DNA of 43,927 nt. It comes from Proteromonas lacertae. Taxonomy: Eukaryota. The stretch is taken from contig NGBS01000292.1 of the NCBI GenBank assembly GCA_002245135.1, positions 620,001 through 663,927 on the forward strand. The letters run 5' to 3'. A program made the position numbers and the translations under genes. The notes below the pieces were generated by a model. The model was not told where the DNA came from. It searched no databases and saw only the letters and a program-made list of their open reading frames with translations. This document shows, in pieces, positions 37,281 through 43,927 of the stretch (position 1 is the first letter of the stretch; every line of letters starts with the position of its first letter).

Positions 37281-39447
37281 CTACGTTTTTATCATATTGT
37301 GAATTGTCAATTGAAGACTTTGACTCAGTTTCAACAGTTTCTCTATCTTCTCTTCAGATTTGTTCAGAATTTCTTCAAGATATTCACTGTTATTTGAAGA
37401 TTCTTTACTTAATATCGGATATCTCATCTCTTTTAATGATTTACATTCATTTTCTAAATAACTCACTTTGGATTTATAAACATTATCTATTTGTAATTTC
37501 ATTTCTTCTATTTCTTTGAAGTTTATTTTGGAACTTTCAGATGGTATTTCATTTATCATCTATTTCATATTTTATATAAATTATTATTATTATTATATTT
37601 ATACTTTACATATTCCATTTAAACGATTCTGTAAATGATTTTGATATTCTACAATATCATCAATACTATATATTATATTATTATATTATTATATTTATAC
37701 TCATTTTGTATTTGATTATGATTATCGATTGTATCATTCATCATCTCTATCAATCCATTTCTTTCTTTCATTAAATCATTATAACTGTTATTTATATACA
37801 TTAATTTATTCTCATAATTCACATAAAAACTCCATAATTTCATAAATTGATTCTTCTATTTATATAATTATATTATATTATATTATACTTCAATTTCTAA
37901 TAATAAATCATTTAACACTTTTACACATATTTCACTAGATTTACATTTCGAAGATTCTATCAATTTGATTGCTTCTATTGATTCTAACATTTTACTCAAA
38001 CTGTTTGATTCATTCGTTGAGAATTTCTCATTGAATTCTAATTCGATATTTATCTGTTCGATTGGATCTATATAAGTTCCACAAACTGTATAATAATGTA
38101 ATTTATATATTCGACTATTATTTTCATGATATATTATCATTGAACCACTTAATGGATTATTCACTATACTTAAACCACTTATCTCATTTGATTCAGCATT
38201 ATCATTTAATGGATAGATTTTACTAGATTCAAAATCATTTATCGTTATTCTTGTTCGACATGGAGATATTGAATCATTTAACATCTCCAATAAATCATTA
38301 AACCATTTTATATCAATATGATATATTATGGATTTATTTAATATAAATAATCGATTTGCATTTAACATATCATATTTTATTTGACTTTTATAGTGATTAA
38401 TATTATTTTTATCAGATGATGATAATTCAATTATTTCTATTATATAACATATCATCTCATTCATTTTATCATTATTCTTATTATAATGAAATTTTGGTTT
38501 TGGATATAACAAACTTGAAATAAAATCACAATAACCACTTTCAAATAATCGAACAATTATTGGAATTGGAACATCACTTAATACCATTATATCACTACAA
38601 ATATCATCTTTTAATATCCAACTTCTTTCATCACTTACCATTTTAACTAATGCTATTGTCTCATAGAAATCTTTATATAATTTCTTTGAATAATTACTTC
38701 TATTTTCATCATAAATGTTATATATATATATATATTATACTTTCTTAATAATAATGATCTTTCTTGCCATTGTTTTATGAAGATTATTGTTAAATAATCA
38801 TCTTCATATTCTTTCTCTAATTCACTTAATTCACTCTTATTTAATTCTAAACCTGGAGGAATTATTCCACATATATAATAGATTTCACCATTTTGGTTCA
38901 TCAAATACATTGTATATTTATCCCATAAATGATTTGAACCAAATGTAAAATTCATCATTTTATCATTTATATTATTCATATAATTCTGTAAGTTTAAACT
39001 GAATATATATTCATTTGATTCATTTACATTGAAGAAACATAAACTATTATCATCTCTTAAGACAATTATATTGTTATTCGAATATGGATACCATAACACT
39101 TTCAAAATTTTAACAGCAGCAGCATCAGGAAGGATTAAACGATTTATTTTTATATCACTCTCTTTCATTTCTTTTTTCATATTCATTTTCACCGGTAATT
39201 GGATATAGTATAACTCACTTAAACAAACTAACAACAAACGATCTCCATAAGGGGAATATTTTATTGAAAATATTTTGTCATGGATCTTATCACCTGTGAA
39301 TATGTCATAACCATCACTCTCATCTTCTAACTTTGAAATACTAATTAAACCATCTTCACTCAATACAGCTTTTTCAAATGAACAATTAGTATCTATTGAA
39401 TCACTATAATATAATCTATCACCTCCAAACTCTTTCTTTTCACTCAT
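37281..39447 (-). CDS. NUP88: Nup88-like, right copy
   Basis: Inverted copy of 20093-22270. Confidence 0.7.
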
Positions 39448-39568
39448 TTTTAATAAAAATTCAAATGATTTGGCTTGATCAAAAATTATTCTAAAAATTG
39501 ATTCGTTTCTTTTTCATTTTTTTCTTTTTTATTCATCAAATACACACTTTCATTAACTAATACTATTA

Positions 39569-41820
39569 TTATTTTATTAAACTTATTAATATCTTATTCA
39601 TTCTTTCATTCATTGACTCTATATCCATATTTTCCAATTTCTTCTTTATTTCTTACATTCTTCAATTCATTCTCCATTTCTATCAACTCTAAATAATACT
39701 CATTACTCTCTTTACCACTATTATATTCATAAGATTTGATTTTATCACTATTACATTGATACATACTAATATAATATATACATTTTATCTAATATTTGTG
39801 AATAGTTATAATATTCAACTATTATATCAGATATATTTTGAATTCTTTTTATTTCTTCATGTAATACATCTAAGGAACATGATTGATATATACAATTCTT
39901 AAAATTATCACTTCTCTCATTTATTATATTCACATATATACTTATATTATAATATTTCTCTATTAATTCCAATTCAAATTTACACATTTGTCTATTCATT
40001 TATAATAACATTATTATTTTATACATTAACTGTGAATATAAAAGATATAATTGATGTTTCTGCTGGTTGTATTGTTTTATTGACACTTTCATTTCTTTCA
40101 ATCTCTTATCCATTCTTTTATATATGGATGAATAATTCATTGTGTTTGATTTGTATAATGATAATATCTCATTATAAATCTTTTCATTTTTATATCTCTC
40201 ATTATTGGGTAAATTATTCAATAATTGTTTATATTCATCTCTAATCAATATATATATATATATACAATAATATCTTTATATTATAACAAGTATTACACAT
40301 TATCATTGAATTCTATTCATATCATTAACAAATATACAATAATACTTCATATTTGTCCAACAATATATCTATTTCTTTTATATCATTCAATTCTATATTC
40401 TTGTTAAAATTATCATTAAACCATTCAATCACTGAATTTACATCATTTGTCAAGTCTTTCATATTCTTTAAATTATAAGATTCTAATCGATTTATTGAGA
40501 GTTTTATTCTTCTTATTAATTCTTTTATCTTGTTAAACATCTTACATTTTTCATTATTATAGTTTTTATACACTATCTATACAAAAATATCATTTATTTA
40601 TACTTTTAATTCATTGATTGTTGAATGTAATCTCTTGGTTATATTATTCATATTATTATTATTACATAAATCTGTTGAAATATACTTTCTGTAATTCTCA
40701 TATTCTTTCTTCAATTGGAATGATAAAGATAATGGAATTTTGTCAAATAACTCTGATATTAATTTACTATTTATATTTATATTAATAATAAATATATTTT
40801 CATACAAATATGGTTTTAATGTTAATATCTTATTCTCACTTTCTCTTATGTTTTTGTTTATTTCTATTAACTCATTTAACATTATATTTAACTCTTCTAT
40901 TGAATATATATCTTTGAATATATTTCGATATCTTTCTAATTCTTCATTTATTACTTCATTATTCACATATCTTCTTTCTATTTCTTTTCTATTATTAAAT
41001 AATATTTTCTATTTCATATATACATTGATTCTTCTATTCTCTTATATAGTTCACTTATTATTAATAATTCATTTATCATCTCTTTACATCTCTTTATTAT
41101 TCCATTTACTTCTTCTATTATACTATTCTTTATATTGTGATTCTTATGATATATTATTATTGTTGAAAATTGATCTTTATATTTTTCACATAATAATCGA
41201 TTGTCATTCATTATATTATTCAATGTACAAATTAAATTTGATAATTCCATTAATTTATAATACACTTTCATATAATTCACTAATTCTCTTCTCTTTATTT
41301 CATATTCAGTTTTTATTTCATCTAATAAACAAGAAGAAATATTATTTGGAATATAGATTGTTTTTTCTATCCATTCTTTTAGTTCATCTATTATTTCATT
41401 CATTTCTTTTGTATATTTATTCTCTTTCTCTTTTCGAAATCTCATTTCTTCATTATTTCTATTCATCTTATAAAATACAAAAGAAATACAATATATTTGT
41501 TGTTTCACTTATATTCTATTTTAATATATATTAATATCATTAGTTATACATTTAATATTTCACACAAGTATTTTATTATCTCATTATCTTTCTTGGTTAG
41601 GGTGGAAGGAGAGATTTTCACCAATTTGGATATTCTTTCAATATGGTTGAAAAATTCTTTTAAATCTAAGTATGAACTATTTAATGAGATTTGATCTATT
41701 TCATTTTCTAAAAGGGATCTATAAATTATCTAAATATTGATCATACAAATAATATTGAATTTCAAAACAATCATTTTCTTCTAGATTGTTTGATATTTGG
41801 TTATAATAGCTCATTTGCAT
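39569..41820 (-). CDS. Uncharacterised helical protein, right copy
   Basis: Inverted copy of 17712-19971. Confidence 0.6.
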
Positions 41821-41870
41821 TCCTAGATTAAGAGATATTTCAAATTTTAAAATCAAGCTTTATCAAACTA

Positions 41871-42958
41871 TTATTCAAATCTATTTTGAATTAAACATTT
41901 TAAACATATTAAATTATTATTTACTCTATTATACATTATCTTCATTCTTCAATTAGTATTTCTGGAGAGGTTGAAATTGGAATTAGTTTTTGTTTTCTTC
42001 TCTTTTGGTCAAAGATGTAATATAAGATATGAAACAATATCAATACATCAATAACTATTGAAAATATCAGTAAATAGATAAATTGAGGGATTTTATCTTG
42101 ATTTCCAAAACAATTTCCATCTTTTTCTGACTTACTTGTACATCCTTCACTTATATCTTCACATACTATTCGTGGATCATCATAATGTCTTACTTCTAAT
42201 GTTATTGTATTATTATTATTATTAGATATATAAGTAGCTGGAGAGAAATTTCCATCATTAAAATAACATCCCATTTTATCATGATAAGCATGATTCTTTG
42301 GTCTAGCTCTATAAGTGTCAGGAATAGCATAAAATTCAGCTTTTATTAATACACGATAACATATATTTGATAAATATAAATCACTTATACAAGTTGAATT
42401 CTCATTTAACCATTTACCATTTTCTTTTACACATTTTTCTTTTAACTCTTTTTCATTCAGTTTTGTATTGTTTGGACTTTCATATAACACTTTATGTATT
42501 TCAAATTTATCGATATAAAGACGAGAAGAATTACTACAATCAATATTAAAACATTGTTTTAATCTAAAATTTAATGAAATGTAATTATTTACATTCTCAT
42601 ATTCACATTTATAATAATATGGATTCTGATGGAATTATTATTGGATCAAGTGGAAGTTGATGATCTTTATAAGGTTCATTATCACTTGATTTATTGAAAT
42701 ACCATAAAGGAAAAGGACCATTACCTTCATCATCAAAGAAATAACGAAAATGAAAGGGTTTGAAAGAATCTCTTTTTAATTATTCCATCTTCTTGCATAT
42801 AGATTATATCTCTCAATATTTAAACTTCGCTGATTTTGATATTGCTTTAATAAACCACTTGATAAACAAGTTAAATATATTCCTATAAATATTTCACAAG
42901 AAAATGTTATTATAACATATTCTTTCAATTTATCATAATATTCTCTGATTTTCTTCAT
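41871..42958 (-). CDS. Two-TM Cys-rich protein, right copy (frameshifted)
   Basis: Inverted copy of 16570-17661, with a 1-nt loss at ~42776, a 1-nt gain at ~42623 and an indel at ~41945. Confidence 0.65.
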
Positions 42959-43145
42959 TCTATTAACAAGAAAAATGAAATTAAAAAAATAAAATGTTTG
43001 AACTTGGTTTGATCAAAATAGATTTTCAAAATTGAAATTATGATGAATAGAATGAGTTATTTAACTCCTTCATTATGAAATAGTAATATACAAATACAGA
43101 TATAATATAATCAAAATATAATGAATAGTAATGAATATAAAGTAT

Positions 43146-43927
43146 TTAATCTTCATGACTAACTTCTTTTAGTTCTAATGAAGTATTTTTATTGAAAAGC
43201 ATAACACATGGATATAATGGAGATGGTAAATTTTTAACAAGTAAACTGGGAGGTAAACTATTACAAGAAATCCAAAATTCATGTTTATTCATATCAACAA
43301 TCAATTCATAAATTACATCAGATGAACAATGGTAAAATTGGGATTTCTAGTAACAACTGTTCCAATATAACAACATGAAGCAATATCTTGACTTGCACCT
43401 GTATATACAACATAATTACATGTTTGAGTAAAATATATATTATCAGTTGATAAACCTAAATACATTAAATCCTTACAATCACTAAAAATTCTTTTGATAT
43501 ACATATTTTATATGGTAAATTCCTCTTTCCATTTTCAAATTTAAATAACATAGACTGCTTCTATCCACATGTTTTGTTATTTTTTTACCCTCTAATAATA
43601 TTGAAACATCATTTTATCATTATTAATGAATTTTACTTCCATAATTTCTAATGTGATTTTGAATGTCTTTTCATTTTTATATTCTTACAGGTTATTTCAT
43701 ATACTGTTTTCTCAATACTATTCTTGATTATTCCATGAATTATTCCACTTTCTTTATCAATCACTAAACCATCAGGTAAGGATGGATTTACTGAAAATTC
43801 ACATTTATCTCCATCACATGAAGGAATTATTGAGATTTCTTCGCCTTCATAGAATGAATATTCTGTTTCTGGATATGAAAATGATGTGATTTCTTTGATT
43901 ATTAATTCATTCAATATTCTTTATTAA
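43146..43927 (-). CDS. BTB-Ig-SPRY family copy C, 3' part only (frameshifted; truncated by window edge)
   Basis: Inverted copy of 15598-16382 with several 1-nt indels. Confidence 0.7.

Larger units (their letters stand above)
34924..43927 (-). repeat. Right arm of large inverted duplication (runs to window end)
   Basis: Reverse complement matches 15598-24625; the last base, 43927, pairs with ~15598. Confidence 0.95.

Noticed and set aside
1..43927. Blastocystis-type stop codons created by polyadenylation (TGTTTGTT motif)
   Set aside because: Every gene model I traced ends in an encoded stop. 3' regions are loosely TGTTT-rich, but I saw no case needing a poly(A)-made stop.
1..43927. Alternative genetic code explaining the fragmented ORFs
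   Set aside because: Breaks are explained by short GT-AG introns or 1-nt indels; TAA, TGA and TAG all serve as terminal stops.
15598..43927. Giant transposon, Polinton or viral element with terminal inverted repeats
   Set aside because: Arms and spacer contain only intron-bearing cellular genes; no transposase, integrase, polymerase or capsid was recognised.

Overview
Very AT-rich, gene-dense eukaryotic (protist) nuclear DNA. It uses the standard code, has many ~26-60 nt GT-AG introns (consensus GTAT...WATAG) and intergenic gaps mostly under 250 nt. This style resembles gut stramenopiles (Blastocystis/Proteromonas-like), which is an inference only. About 22 distinct spliced genes are recognisable: class-3 lipase, ARM protein, GDP-fucose transporter, FHA protein, SAXO, SWC4/DMAP1 (two paralog types), DRC9/IQCG, RNA triphosphatase/DUSP, BTB-Ig-SPRY family (3 copies), FtsH/YME1, a two-TM Cys-rich protein, an unknown helical protein, Nup88, RABL3, TSG101, MFS, PiT, Sec14-GOLD, AP-4 beta and an FKBP-like/Vps62 fusion. 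The dominant structure is a near-identical inverted duplication of at least 9 kb (15598-24625 vs 34924-43927, running off the window end) around a 10.3 kb unique spacer. Other notable signals: one BTB-Ig-SPRY gene is bracketed by an ~80 bp direct repeat of its neighbour's promoter (insertion-like scar), a TCAARC motif recurs just upstream of many start codons, two axonemal genes are present, and scattered 1-nt frameshifts are most likely consensus errors. No rRNA, tRNA, CRISPR or transposase was recognised. Gene models were spliced by eye, so boundaries are approximate where stated.
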